64,000 bases of DNA, taken from positions 112,096,001 through 112,160,000 of the forward strand of contig OX597818.1 of NCBI GenBank assembly GCA_951406725.2. Reading direction: 5' to 3'. Positions 40,101-53,272 of this stretch are shown one piece after another (position 1 is the stretch's first letter; each line of letters begins with the position of its first letter). The stretch is from Octopus vulgaris. Its lineage: Eukaryota. The translations under genes were made by a program, and so were the position numbers. The notes under the pieces are model-generated. The model had not been told where the DNA came from. It worked only from the letters and a program-made list of their open reading frames with translations, and did not search any database.

Positions 40101-41151
40101 TGAAATAATGCCACAAAATGCAGTATATTTAAGAGACCAAAAAAGTAAGATGCAAAAGAGATCTTTTCTTCAAACTTGGCATGAAGGAAGGAAAGACTAT
40201 TTGGTTTCTCTGGAAGTTTTTTTTCCTTAACTTCGTTTAACCAAACTAAAAAATTTATTGAAATAAAAATTTGCTTAATTATTTTTTAAAGAAGAGAAAA
40301 CATTGACTGCTTTTTATTCAAGGAAGAAAATACTATTATCTTGCTAATAAATATTTTTAGTTGCCTTACATCTTTAAACCAAAAACAGTGTGTTTTTTAG
40401 TGAAAGAAAACCATTATTGTATTCAATCAAGATTGTTTGAGCTTTATTTCAAGGTGAATGTAGTCAAAATATTTCAATTTTAGAAACAAAAGTCTATTTG
40501 CTTGCTTCTTAATCGTGCAATATTTGCATTTTCTAACTTGTACAAGGCTGCGCTCCACTAACTTTTCCATGCCCTTGAACATCCCGTAAAGTAAGTTAGC
40601 TTAAAATTAGTTATTTAGTTCCTTAGGTTGTGGCTTTTCATCAAAAATAGCCCCAAGTTGATTTCCTACTTGTTTTATCGGATAAACTTACTATTTTCCC
40701 AGGTACGTTCTCATAAAGTCATCATGCTTTTCCATCTAGATTTACCGCCAGCTAACCCATTTGCATGCATCATTTTTGTCCTGTTTTTCTTCCGTCAACC
40801 TGTACATAACTGCACCTTACATTTTTTGTTGTTTTTGTACTGCTTAAAGGCACGTTTCTTTCCTGCCAAGCTTACTATTTAAACAATGTTTGTGTTCTCC
40901 CAGTCAACAGCCTTATCATTACTGGTACTTTAAACTCTTCGGTTGCATATTTATGTGAATAAAATCGTTTTTCTTTAGAATAGAAAAAATGTCTATCTTT
41001 ATTTCTTCTTTTGCTGGTGTCTCAAATTTAGGTTAAATCAGTGTCTTTCACATGGGAGGCTTATGACACGGTCGGGCAAGTTGCTTTGAGAAAATTTGGT
41101 TTAAATGTTTGACAACTAAGCACCATCCATTGGACGGGGGGGGGGTTGCTC

Positions 41152-41219
<68 letters not shown>

Positions 41220-41220
41220 A

Positions 41221-41590
41221 GGTGCATGCCTGGCTGTGGTAAGAAGTTTGCTTCCCAACCGTATGGTTCCAGGTTCAGTCCCACTATGTGGTACAATGGA
41301 GAAATGTTTTGTATTATAACATCGGGTCTACCAAAACCTGTGAGTGGATTTGGTTAATGGAAACTGAAAGTAGAGTGTACACCTGTCTTTGTGTTTATGT
41401 CTGGTCCGCACCACAGCTTGACAACTAATGTTTGTGTGTTTACTTAGCGTTTCGGCAAAAAGAAACCGATAGAATTAGTACTAGACTTAACAAATAGAAG
41501 TACTGGGGTCAATTCATTCGTCTAAAATGTTCTTCTCGGTGAGGCTCCAGCATGGCCGCCGACAAATGACGGAAAGTAAAAGTTAAAAGA
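41221..41590 (+). mobile_element. family B SINE
   Basis: Head TGGCTGTGGTAAGAAGTTTGC to tail CCAGCATGGCCGCC. Confidence 0.88.
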
Positions 41591-41856
41591 AAAGGTAAGA
41601 GTTATGTGTGTGTGTGAGCATATCTATATATAGACATACACACATACATACACGCATACATACATACATTGATACATGTACACATACATTCACACACATA
41701 TACATACATACACATACACACTTATATACACGCATACATTCATACACGCATACATTCATACACACATACGTACGTACACACATACACACATACATACATT
41801 CATACACACACATACACACATACACACAAACATTTATTGTTCCATTGATGTTATTC

Positions 41857-42071
41857 TTTTATTATTTTACTTTTTTCAGTCATTTGCCTGCTGCCATGCT
41901 GGAGCAATGCCTTTAGTCGAAGAAATCGACCCCAGAAATCGACTTTATTCTTTGTAAGCCTAGTACTTATTCTATCGGTCCTTTTGCCGAACCGCTAGGT
42001 TACGGGGACGTAAAAGCAACAACATCGGCTGCCAAGACAGGGCAGGGGGAACAAAATCAGACACACAAACA

Positions 42072-42153
<82 letters not shown>

Positions 42154-42297
42154 CATACGACGACGGGCCTCTTTTAGTATCCGTGAAGCAAATCCACTCA
42201 CAGTGCTATAGTATAAGAAACCTTCCCAAGGTGCCACATAGAACTGAACCCAGAACCATGCGGATGGGAAGCAAGCTTCTTAACAGAGCTTCTGCCT
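41857..42297 (-). mobile_element. family B SINE (inverted to the previous copy)
   Basis: Reverse complement of family B with internal (TA)n. Confidence 0.88.
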
Positions 42298-42387
42298 GAA
42301 ACTGTGCAAGTTTTTTTTTTCTTTGCTTTAGGTTGTTGATGTATTTTTAATATCTAAAATATTCTTTGTTAATAAGATTGCGAACTA

Positions 42388-42943
42388 CGAGGGTGAGTCA
42401 AAAAGTAATGCCATTTTGTTTAGGACGGGTATAATTACCAACACAGGAAAATGTATTATACATGAAAATGAAGCTGGTTCTCGGTGGATCACATCCCTAC
42501 TCCTCAACATAGTCACTATTTCTCTCAATAGCAATGTTCAACCTTCTAATGAGAGCATGTATCCCTGCCTCGTAAAATTCTGTTGACTATTATTTGAGCC
42601 ACTTCTTCACTACAGTTTTCACTTCCTCGTCACTGGAATAATGTTTACTTCTCAAACCCTTTTTCGTGGCGTCGAAGAGATGATAGTCTTGTGACGAAGA
42701 AGTGAAAACTGTAGTGAAGAAGTGGTTCAAAGAACAGTCAACAGCATTTTACGGGCTAGGGATACATGCTCTCATTTGAAGGTGGAACGTTGCTATTGAG
42801 AGAAACGGTGCCTATGTTGAGAAGTAGGGATGTGATCCACTGAGGACCAACTTCATTTTGATGTATGATACATGTTTCTGTGTTGGTAATTATACCTGAC
42901 CTAAACAAAATGGCATTACTTTTTGACTTTTGACTCACCCTCG
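42388..42943. mobile_element. mariner-derived fold-back MITE, ~246-bp arms containing transposase C-terminus
   Basis: TA|CGAGGGTGAGTCAAAAAGT...TGACTCACCCTCG; arms 42388-42633 and 42691-42943; right arm encodes DEEVKTVVKKWFKEQSTAFYGLGIHALI*RWNVAIERNGAYVEK*. Confidence 0.92.
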
Positions 42944-43955
42944 AAGTAAAATCGGTGGAGCACCAACTAAATTCAGTCTGGTGCGCCTTTGTGCATGCTG
43001 AGTTTAATTTCTGTTATGGTCAGCTACGCACGTCCCAAACTAGAGGTTCGACTATTCGTTAGGTACAATGAGCTCTAATCTTTCATTTCTTCATTAAGGA
43101 TAAATTTATGTATATCTTAATTCCGTTAAAATCTTTTTTGTATGTTAGTACTTGTTGACAAACACTTTCGAAAGAATAAGGATTATTATATTTCCATTCT
43201 TTGAATTTTCTCAGAATTTTCTAATAACGATACTTTCTAATTAATCCTTGGGCAAATGAGGAAAAAATCTTTTAGCATTATGCGAAGCGCATTTTCTAAA
43301 CTGCCATTGTGTTCAAAGTTCTTTGTTTGTACTTGGATAAAAATCAGTTAACCGCAAAAGACCGTTGCGAAGATAAAACTGAAGACTAAATTTCCATTCT
43401 TCAAAATTTCGATGATTCAGTTACGCGAGAGGATCATTGTTCGTTTTCTTTGAGAAAAATGCAGAACAAAGGCAATGAAACTCACTTCAAACGCGAGAAT
43501 TTGTAATTTAAGGACCCTGTTTGCTAGATAACACCAACATCGCTCTATGCTGCATTCAGCCCTCTTACTGCGGTGATTGATTAATTGTGCTGGTGACATA
43601 TTATACGCAGCAACGCTGTTAGGTTATATTTTTTAACTTGAAATTTATTTTAACTGTTCGTTCTACTTATAGTTCTTCAATTCTAGAATATTTAAGAAAA
43701 TCAATGACAACTATTTAGAGAAACACTAAATTTAAACTCGAATTGGAGAAGAAAAACGCTTATCTCTCTCTCTCTCACTCTTTCACTCAATCTCACTCAC
43801 TCTTTCACTCCCTCACTCACTCTTTCATTCTCTCTCTGTATATAAGCATATATCTTTTTCTAATGTATATTTATACGTATACATCTATATTTATATCCAC
43901 GTTTATATGTATGCATGCATGCATATATATATATATATATGAATACATTTAATGC

Positions 43956-44005
<50 letters not shown>

Positions 44006-45128
44006 GTGTGAGTGTGTGTATATGTGCGTGTCTGAATGTGCGTGTATATATATATATACATATATATATACCCATACCTACATACGGATATACATACATA
44101 ACTGCATATATACATATCTATATGTATCATGTTGCATGTACAATTATAACTTTCGACGGTAATGGAGAAGCAGACAATATTTGCCACGATATTAACATCG
44201 CATTTATTGATTTTTTACTTTATGTTTGTTTGGTTTTTTTTTCTTCATCATACAATGGCATCGCCATATTACATATTGCATGTTACGAAACATCAACCGA
44301 GAAACAAATATATCTGAGATACTTTCGTTACCATTCTTCTTAAAACTAAATCTAAAAAGCAAAATCAAATACGTTCTTTCTTCTTCTCAATGCGTGCAAC
44401 ATTAGCAAGCAAAATATTCATAATCATATAAATATTGATGTGCAGCATTCAATATTTTATATTATTTCTCTTCTTTTTATTATTATTTTTTTTATTTACT
44501 AACATACACGTTTAGTTATTACATTTTTTTGCGAGTTTGCGAGATAATTTTTATAGACAAATATATGAACCTGTTTTTTTATTACTTTATTATTATTTGT
44601 TGTTTAGGTGATTGATACCTCGTTTTTTTTTGTTGTTGTGCATAAAAGGAAACGAGCTAAATATACTGGCGTATTAACATCTTACCAAATATGGATTTAT
44701 TCTCGAAACTTCACATAAGAACAGCGCATATCATTTACGTTTGCATCGAGCGAGTTTTCTAATTATATTCACATCGTTTACATAAATAGTTACGATTGAT
44801 ATTCCTTGTAATTTTGGTGCAGTTGTATGAATTGCTTAATTACAGGGGCTTGCTAAAGATCTATGTCTAGAATTTCGAAATCTCAGTCTTTGATGTCACA
44901 TGCCGAACATGAGAACATAAATCTGATTTCATGGATTTCAGCAAACAGTCATTTTCATTCTTCGCTTATTTACGTCATCACTTTTTACTCATATTTTCAT
45001 AATCTTGTTTTCGTCGAAAAACAAACCGTACAGAATTTATATAGAAAATATATGGAAATCATATGAAAAATATTTCGTTTTTGGATTTGGTTTGCAAGAT
45101 TCTTTATATGAGTTCGTGTGTTGAAGTA

Positions 45129-45332
45129 TATTCTATTGTGTCTGGGGAGAGTCATTTACTTTTTGTGCCTTATTATGTGACACACTCACCGGTAAATACT
45201 ATTGAAAAGGTTGCAAGACGCAACGAAAATTCCAGAACAATAAAAATAAGAAAAACGTGGAAATTTTACCGGTGAGTATATTATATAATAAGGCACAAAA
45301 AGAAAATGACTTTCTCCAGACACAACAGAATA
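45129..45332. repeat. ~68-bp inverted repeat within an interspersed repeat
   Basis: TATTCTATTGTGTCTGGGGAGAGTCATTT...CTCACCGGTAAA mirrored at 45265-45332. Confidence 0.85.
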
Positions 45333-45749
45333 TGAAATATATATAGAAAAATATATAGAAAACATATGGAAAATATTTAGAACATATAGAATATATATAT
45401 ATATATAGAAATCATATACAAGAATAGAAACTATATACAAAACATAAAAATTACATAGAATTTGGATCGCATCGGTTTATATTCTCCTTAGAATATAAAC
45501 TAATATGAGGGCAAATGGCTCACTAAAACGAGATAGTGGTTCTAACACCAAGATTCGAAATCGCGATACGACTTCATAACCTAGGAGTCCTTTGTCAGTC
45601 ATTGAATTAATGTTTTGTGGATTTGGGGTTAATTTAACATAATGGATGCTGAGCAGCACCCTCCGTCACATATGTGACCTCTATTAATTTTGCCTTTAGA
45701 TTCTAATTGCTAATAAGCCACCCTTTTTTATTAGTTTATACACACACAC

Positions 45750-45780
<31 letters not shown>

Positions 45781-45825
45781 TATATACAGATATATATATA
45801 TATATATGATGACACTTTTTATCAG

Positions 45826-45983
45826 TTTTTATCAGTTTCGGCCTACCAAATCCATTCACAAAGGGTCAAAGAGGCCTGGGGTTGAAGCAGAAGACACTCG
45901 CCAAAGGTGCTATGCAGACAGAGTGAACCCGGAACGGTGTGACAGGCAAGCAAGCTTCTTACTACACAGCCACGCTTGTGCCT
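45826..45983 (-). mobile_element. family B SINE 5' half, diverged
   Basis: CAGTTTCGGCCTACCAAATCCATTCAC...CTTCTTACTACACAGCCACGC. Confidence 0.78.
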
Positions 45984-46042
45984 ATGTCATTTAATGCTTT
46001 CTGTCATCGGTCGACATAATGAAAATGTCTCTCTTCAATAAA

Positions 46043-46434
46043 TCTCTCTCTATATAAAGCTGAAGTTGTCTGTGTATGGCAGGTTTGGTAGCCTTTAACT
46101 AACACTATCTCCTCCAAGACCCTGCGGCGCAAGTTGACCAAAATTGAAAGTATAATAGAAAAAGGTTTGCTGTTCCTTCTGTAGCAGAAAATATTCAAAT
46201 CGGACCATGTTAACACCAAAAATTACTTACATAAAAAAATTGATTTTTTTTCTATGAAAATCACTATTTTTACGATTTTTTGACTGCTGTGTCGCCATTT
46301 TTCGGTGTATTTCGACGAGAAAAATGTTCATTTGAAGAGAATAATAAGCTACATAATGCAAAATATTTACTTTTCAAAAATTCCAATTCTAAAGGGTAGA
46401 AACAAACCTGAGCAACGTCGGGCGATACTGCTAG
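46043..46434 (+). mobile_element. non-autonomous Helitron
   Basis: A|TC...TATATAAAG 5' end; subterminal GC hairpin CCTGAGCAACGTCGGG; CTAG|T 3' end; no TSD. Confidence 0.82.
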
Positions 46435-46642
46435 TATTTTATATAACTGTAAGTACATTTAAAGGTTGACCATCAAGAATTATTAACATGGTCAGAAGGT
46501 AATACTGTGAGGATTGTGAATAGTGTCCCTGGATATTATCGAGACTCCGCACAGAGCTTCAAGATGCACCGTGCCAAATCCTATTGAATGACATTTAGTA
46601 GATTACAGAGGAGGACTGCTAAGCAGTGATCAGTAAAGTTGC

Positions 46643-47086
46643 AATGTTATTATCGATCCGAATATGCTTGATGCACGTTCGAACGGAGGGACAAACTACC
46701 CAGTGAGTTTTGTCACGGAGAATATATTTCGCTTGTTGACAAATGGTGTGTCTACACCTAGATCAGCTTGCAGCGCCACCAACCTAAACTGTGAGGTGCT
46801 ATCATTTCGGAGTAGTTATCTCCTCTTCGGTGGTAGACACTAGGCAGATGTAATTTACTGACGATCAGCTCGTAGCGTCGTCTGCCTAGTGTCTGTGACC
46901 TAAGGGGAAACAACTACTCTGAAATGCTAGCATCTTACTGTCTAGGTAGGTGGCGCTGCGAGCTGATCCAGGTGTATACACACCAGCTGTCAACAAACGG
47001 GATATATTCTCCGTGGCAAAACGCATTGAATAGCTTATTCCCTAGTTCGAACGTGCATCCAGCATATTCGGATTGATAATAACATG
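46643..47086. mobile_element. long fold-back element (~208-bp arms, ~28-nt loop)
   Basis: ATGTTATTATCGATCCGAATATGCT...AGACACTAGGCAGA mirrored by TCTGCCTAGTGTCT...AGCATATTCGGATTGATAATAACAT. Confidence 0.9.
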
Positions 47087-47318
47087 ACATTTAATAAATA
47101 CATCGCAAACTACTTTTTCGGCAAACGGATTTAGCAGAGAATATAGAAACTTTCAAGATTTTATGATCTTCCAGTTTCTAAGAAGGGTTTGGAAGTATAT
47201 CTAATGTGATTTGACTCAAACGCATGTTTATACGTTTATGAGAACCGTCAAGAAACCATCAGAGTATTTTGTCTATATATTAGATATTCTTTATCAAAGT
47301 AAATATTTGATGCTCCTT

Positions 47319-47381
<63 letters not shown>

Positions 47382-47538
47382 AAACAGTTAGATAGAAACT
47401 TAGATATGTTTCGACCAAAGATTGATCCAGGCCATGTCTAACTTAATAGCACCACCTGATAGGATTATCTAAATCCTGTTTAAGTCTAGTTTTGTTTATG
47501 GTCCATTCTAGTAGTGAGTTCTTGTTGAGTGAGTTGTG

Positions 47539-47604
<66 letters not shown>

Positions 47605-48937
47605 CATATATATATGTGTGTATGTATGTATGTATGTATGTATGTATGTGTATGTATGTGCGTCGTACGTGTGTATGTATTTATGCTTGTATTCATGTTT
47701 GTGTACGTCAAGAGTCGGATCCTTGATTGTCACGTGTGCAAGTAGGCTGTTGACAATTTGTTATTATACTTAACTTGATAAAACCGTGTAATAAATAAAC
47801 TATTTCCTTTGAGTAATAACCTCATGTTGTAATAAACAGCATCAGTTTATTTTGCAAAACGTTAGAAGATTTTAGAGATGAATTGATATTTTCGCTTCAT
47901 ACAATCTCGATCTTCTCTAGAGCATTCATCTGTTTATGGGAAATGTTTATTTTACTCTGAATTCCTGCGTGGGACCTTCTTAAATATCTATATTTCAATA
48001 TGAGTAGCTTGTCTGTGAAAGCTATACGAAATCTTTGTTCTTTGCCTCATCCTTTGCAACGATAATTTGTTCCGGCTTCGAATTGTTTCCTTGACATTCG
48101 TAATGGATAATCTTGCATCATTGATATAAATTCTTTCAGTTTTATGCTATTGTCTTGAATACTGATAATTCCAGAATAATCCTGTTCTTTTATTATTGAT
48201 TTAGTTTGAGGCTATCAGAAACTGAGACAAAACAGACCGAATTTGCTGAGCTACATTCTCATGTTGAACAGAAATCATAAATTCTGGTACCATATAGCCA
48301 GGCACGATTGTATGTGCCGCTTTCGCCTCATGGGTAAATACTGTATTATTTGTGAAGCAGAGATCTAACGGATTGTTGCATTTCGTCGGATAAAGGAAAA
48401 TTTGTTTTATGAACAGTGCATGATTGGGACCCAGTTGGGATACAATCTAAGACATTTCGTAGATAATATTTCACTTTGGTCTTTTGAATCCAGATGGGTT
48501 GAGATCATTCGAATGCGAAACAATACACATATATTGATCCATTTCAGTTAATACACCATCCAAAGCGGTATTCAAATTCTACAGAGCAAACTGAGAAATC
48601 CGGCCGTCAGTGTTTTGTAGACGTTACCCACATTGATTTCGAAAGCAGAACCAACACTGCGACAAACTCATCAACGTATAGAATTCTTCTATAAACAGCT
48701 GTTTCTTTCGTGTCAGCATCAGTGATTATGTAAAAATGAACGCGCATTTCTACAGAGAATATATGTACTAGTAGATATCACTTTTTTTCTGCAGTTGCCA
48801 TGGATATTGGCTTAGATTTTGGCTCAACGTCATGAATTTAGCGGCGGTGCTAAATTGATTAAATCCACCCCAATGTTCAATTAGTACTTATTTTAACTGC
48901 CATGGATATTAAGAGATTTAGTGTGATGAGGCGGATT

Positions 48938-49155
48938 TATTCTTTTATTCATTTACCTGTTTCAGTCATTTTACTGCAGCCATGAAGGAGCACCGCCTTT
49001 AGTCGAACAGATCGCCCCCCAGGACTTATTCTTTGTAAGCGCAGTACTTATTCTATCAGTTTCTTTTGCCGAATCGCTAGGTTACGGGGACATAAACTCA
49101 GCCACATCGGTTGTCAAGCGATGGTGGGGGGACAAATAAACAGACACACACACAC

Positions 49156-49212
<57 letters not shown>

Positions 49213-49312
49213 CGACGGGCTTCTTTCAATTTCCGTCTACGAAATCTACTCACTAGGCATTGGTCAACCCGAGGCTATAATATAAGACACTTTTCCAAGG
49301 CACCACACAGCC
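48938..49312 (-). mobile_element. family B SINE, 5'-truncated
   Basis: Reverse complement of tail and body with internal (CA)/(TA). Confidence 0.88.
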
Positions 49313-49529
49313 ATAAATATATTTTTTCCCTATTAGAACCATCTCCAGATATTCCACAGCAGGACATCTCTTCCAAGTGGCTTGGCTCGATTATTTGTGG
49401 TGGACACTTGTGATTATATGAGATGCCTTTTGTTTTCAATGGCGCCCTCCTTCTATCTCCCTGGCATAATGCCTGCTTCTAAATTGATTGCCATTAACAC
49501 ACTGGTGACCTTCCTACTAATAATTATTT

Positions 49530-49968
49530 CTACGCTAGGCACAAAACCTTGACAATTTTGGGGAAAGGGTGGCTAGTCGATTATATCGACCTCAGTGTAT
49601 AACTGGTACTTAATTTATCGACTCCGAAGGATGAAAGGCAAAATCGACCCCAGCAGAGTTTGAACTCAGAGCGTAGCGGCAGACGAAATTTCGCTAAGCA
49701 TTTCATCCGGCGTGCTAACGATTCTGCCAGCTCGCCGCCTTGCTTTTCGACTAATAATGGTTTCATATTTTGGCACAAGTTCAGCAATTTTGTAGGCGTG
49801 GTGAGATTAAGTGGATTACATCGATCCCCGGACTCAATTGGTACTTATTTCATTGACCCATAAAGGATAAAAGGCAAAGCGAAATTTGAACGCAGAACGT
49901 ATAGGCGAACGAAAATACCGCAAATCGTTTTTCCCGGTGCGCTATCTTTTCTGCTAGCTGGCCGCCTT
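49530..49968 (-). mobile_element. two adjacent family C SINEs (49530-49740 and ~49757-49968)
   Basis: Each ends ...CTGCCAGCTCGCCGCC / CTGCTAGCTGGCCGCC and carries TGGTACTTA.TT.AT.GAC. Confidence 0.85.
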
Positions 49969-51230
49969 AATTTTCTTGTAGATAATAAGGACAATTATTT
50001 ACTGGCGAGTAGAGTGAAATGAATATATGGACGTTTACATCAATAACAGCATTTGTAAGCAATTTACTCACGCTGAAGGACACATTCATAAAAGTGCTTC
50101 TGCTAAAAAATATATTCATCTGATCTGCCTTATCATGACCACGGATAACACAGTCACTATCAAATATATCGGAAATTGGAAACTTGGACGGTCTAAATTT
50201 ATTTTAAAAAAAAATTAAATCACACCAAAAATGATAAGAATAGCGCCAAGCTAATTAGCTAATATATCATTACATGTATACGTATGTATTGTATTTGTGC
50301 AAATGTGAGTTGAGCGCAATGGATGGTTTCTTTTGGTATCGTCATTTTAGAGGAGGCAGAGCAGAGATAGCGAAATGCAAGTTAAAAGTTTAAATGGCTT
50401 ATGTCTTTGTCTTATGGTTTTGTTTTCTCACTTTTATTTCCAACTTGCCGTATTGTGATACACTAAACCAGTTTAAACTCCACTTCACAATATTTCAATA
50501 CACACATACTCGCGCACGGACGCATCTATATATATTCATTTACATGCCTATACATGAATTATATATATATATATATGCGTACATGTGCGTGCTTGTGTAT
50601 GCTACATCGTTCCATATATGAACTCACTGACATATGCACTTCTTTCCTTGTCAGATTTATGAATATAAATAGCGGCAATATAATAGAATGCATTACGTCC
50701 CGTAACTGACAAGGAATTAACTGATTGATGGTGGATACGATCAAATTTACTCTTGCATTATACTTCCTGTCGGAATAAATAGTGATATTAACTTTGTAAG
50801 TGAATTATAGCAATTTAGATATGACTGAAAGATATACTAGTGCAAAATTTTGTCAATAATTCCGGGTATACAATAAATCATAATGAAAATTGCACATATG
50901 TTCGGTTCTGTTACCTAATCTTTATTATTAAATTCATTACGAACTGTAATGCCTTTTTGCGTCTATTTCTTGTCTGCTAATAACCGACATTTGTAATATC
51001 TATTGAAACCTCTGCACCAATATTTTATTTATGTGAATGCCAGTATATATCCAGATTTCTTTTCTATTTTATTCTTGTGATATATATATATATATATATA
51101 TACCTCTGGATATCCTTGTTGCTTATTTTGATTATAATCACCTTATTTTAAATTATATGGCTAATACCATACTAAATTCTGGTGTTTTTAACTTAAGTAC
51201 CATAGTCAACTGAATCTAAATTTTACTGAA

Positions 51231-51272
<42 letters not shown>

Positions 51273-51629
51273 ACTAATAGTATCATGTAAAGATGAGCCT
51301 GTTAACAACTATCGAGCCAGTCGTATTGGAACGCTAGTGCTCGTCCCCGTATTGGATGGTTTTATTAATCCTAACTTACAGACCACTGCCAAACATTCGC
51401 AGGTGCCAGACTTGCTAGTTGTTAAAATGTTCATCCCCGCATGAAACCATCGGTAGTGTTTTTAAAACACAGGTCAAGAATAATCATCGACCGATGCGGT
51501 GTTGGGAACGCTTTCTCCCTTTTGATATTAACATACATGCATGCGTCTATACATACTTGCATACATGAAGAATTACTAGACAAAAATTTAATTCTGTTGG
51601 GGTTGTCCTCCGAGATCGAAACGATGTTT

Positions 51630-51872
51630 TTATTGTTATGATTGTTGTTACTATTATTGTTAGCGCTAACAACTACACTATTTCTATTATTATCAGTATT
51701 ATTAATGGTATTACAAGCAGTAATACCACCGACAATAATACCGTTATTGTTGTTATCATCAACACTACCATTGTTATTAACACGACTAATACTATTATTA
51801 ATATTATCATTGTTAACACTTTCGCTGCTACTAATGCTGTTACTCTTAATACTATTCCTCTTATTATGATTG
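51630..51872. repeat. degenerate (AAT/TAT)n trinucleotide tract
   Basis: In-phase degenerate triplets contiguous with the Penelope remnant. Confidence 0.8.
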
Positions 51873-51899
51873 TATGATGGGTTGGAATTAGCAAGATTA

Positions 51900-52670
51900 G
51901 TGTTGGAACTCCCGAGTGAAGAATCTTTGTTTAGCAGCTTGGTATTGTGGGAAGATATAATTTGTGAAAGATTCCTAGTGTTTGAGAAAGCGATTCTGAC
52001 CTTGTGGGAATTGATAATAGAATGATATCTAGAATTTCTGGGAAAGTTCCTAGCAACGGCTTTACGGAACTGTAAGGGAAGGTTCGATTTAATTTGTTTT
52101 CCGAAAGGTATTACGAACCAGATACAGTTTTTGTGGCCTCTGAATTGTTCTTAGTGTTATTTGTGATAGTAAGGGGAAAATTTCTGGGTTGGAAATTTGG
52201 GGTTGCATGGCGCTTATCTCCCCTAGTCCGTAAAGAATTTATTTTATGTACAGGGTTGCTGGCACTATTATAATTGAAATCGTTATTCGTATTACGAGTA
52301 ACTTTACTATCTGGAGAAGCAGATGTTGGTTTAGAATGAGCTGAGTCGATGTATGACACTTTCTCCTTATAACCGGCTCTTAACAAGGCGGCGTTATAGA
52401 AGTCTGACTTTTGGTTAAAGATGTCGACATTAGCAGATAATTTGGACAGTCTCAGAGATATGTTTTTAACTAAATTATCGGTAATTGGCCTGGTATGATT
52501 ACTGAAAATGCTAATATACTTAAGATTTGTGGAAGGTTTATGATAGGGAAGTATGAGTTATTCTGCAAATTGAGGGTAATGTCTAAGAAGTTGGCTTTAG
52601 TTAATTCATAGTTAAAAACTATGCGCAAGCCCATTCTACTAAAAAACCTAACTAATCTGTTCTTAACCTT
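51900..52670 (-). mobile_element. Penelope-like RT thumb/linker pseudogene fragment
   Basis: Minus: VKNRLVRFFSRMGLRIVFNYELTKANFLDITLNL / PYHKPSTNLKYISIFSNHTRPITDNLVKNISLRLSKLSANVDIFNQKSDFYNAALLRAGY / IWFVIPFGKQIKSN...NFPRNSRYHSIIN...IISSHNTKLL; two frameshifts. Confidence 0.9.
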
Positions 52671-52876
52671 CGTTCGAAACGTTTTTCGCTAATAACGAAT
52701 TTCTAATTCAGACGACCGGCGTTTTGAGACGTGATTGATTTGTTAGTCGCTATTTAAGTATATCGTTGAAAGCTATATGTGTTTATGTATGCCGTTGCTA
52801 GAAGTCATTTGCCGCTGACGACGTTCGTAGAAGCAGGAATCTAGATTTAGCATTTCCACCCGTGATACTGATCTCT

Positions 52877-52953
52877 GTCATCGTCGTCTTGTTGTTGTTG
52901 TTGTTGTTCTTCTTCTTCTTCTTCTTCTTCTTCTTCTTCTTCTTCTTCTTCTT

Positions 52954-53017
<64 letters not shown>
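52877..53017. repeat. compound trinucleotide microsatellite (GTC)-(TTG)-(TTC)-(TAC)
   Basis: Direct reading. Confidence 0.97.
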
Positions 53018-53066
53018 AAGGCTTGCCGCCTTGTCTTCGATCTTAATACTATTGCATCATGTTAAG

Positions 53067-53272
53067 ATGGCAAATTTGCAGAATCTTTAGCACGCCGGAC
53101 AAAATACATAGCGACATTTCGTACATTGTACGTTCTCAGTTCAAATTCCACCGAGGCCCACTTTGTCAATATTGCGGGGTTGATAAATTAAGTAGCTGTT
53201 GAGCACTGCTCTCGATTTAAAAGACTTAGGCCCTTTTTCGAGGCTGCTGGCCTCGCGCCAAAATTTGAAAAC
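53067..53272 (+). mobile_element. degraded family C SINE
   Basis: GCAGAATCTTTAGCACGCCGGAC...CAGTTCAAATTCCACCGAGG...GATAAATTAAGT. Confidence 0.78.

Noticed and set aside
48693-48728. HHR-like CTGATGC...GAAACAGCTGTT on the minus strand
   Set aside because: Core mismatch and no convincing stems I or II
51638-51894. Hydrophobic signal-peptide-like ORFs
   Set aside because: Degenerate triplet repeat open in several frames
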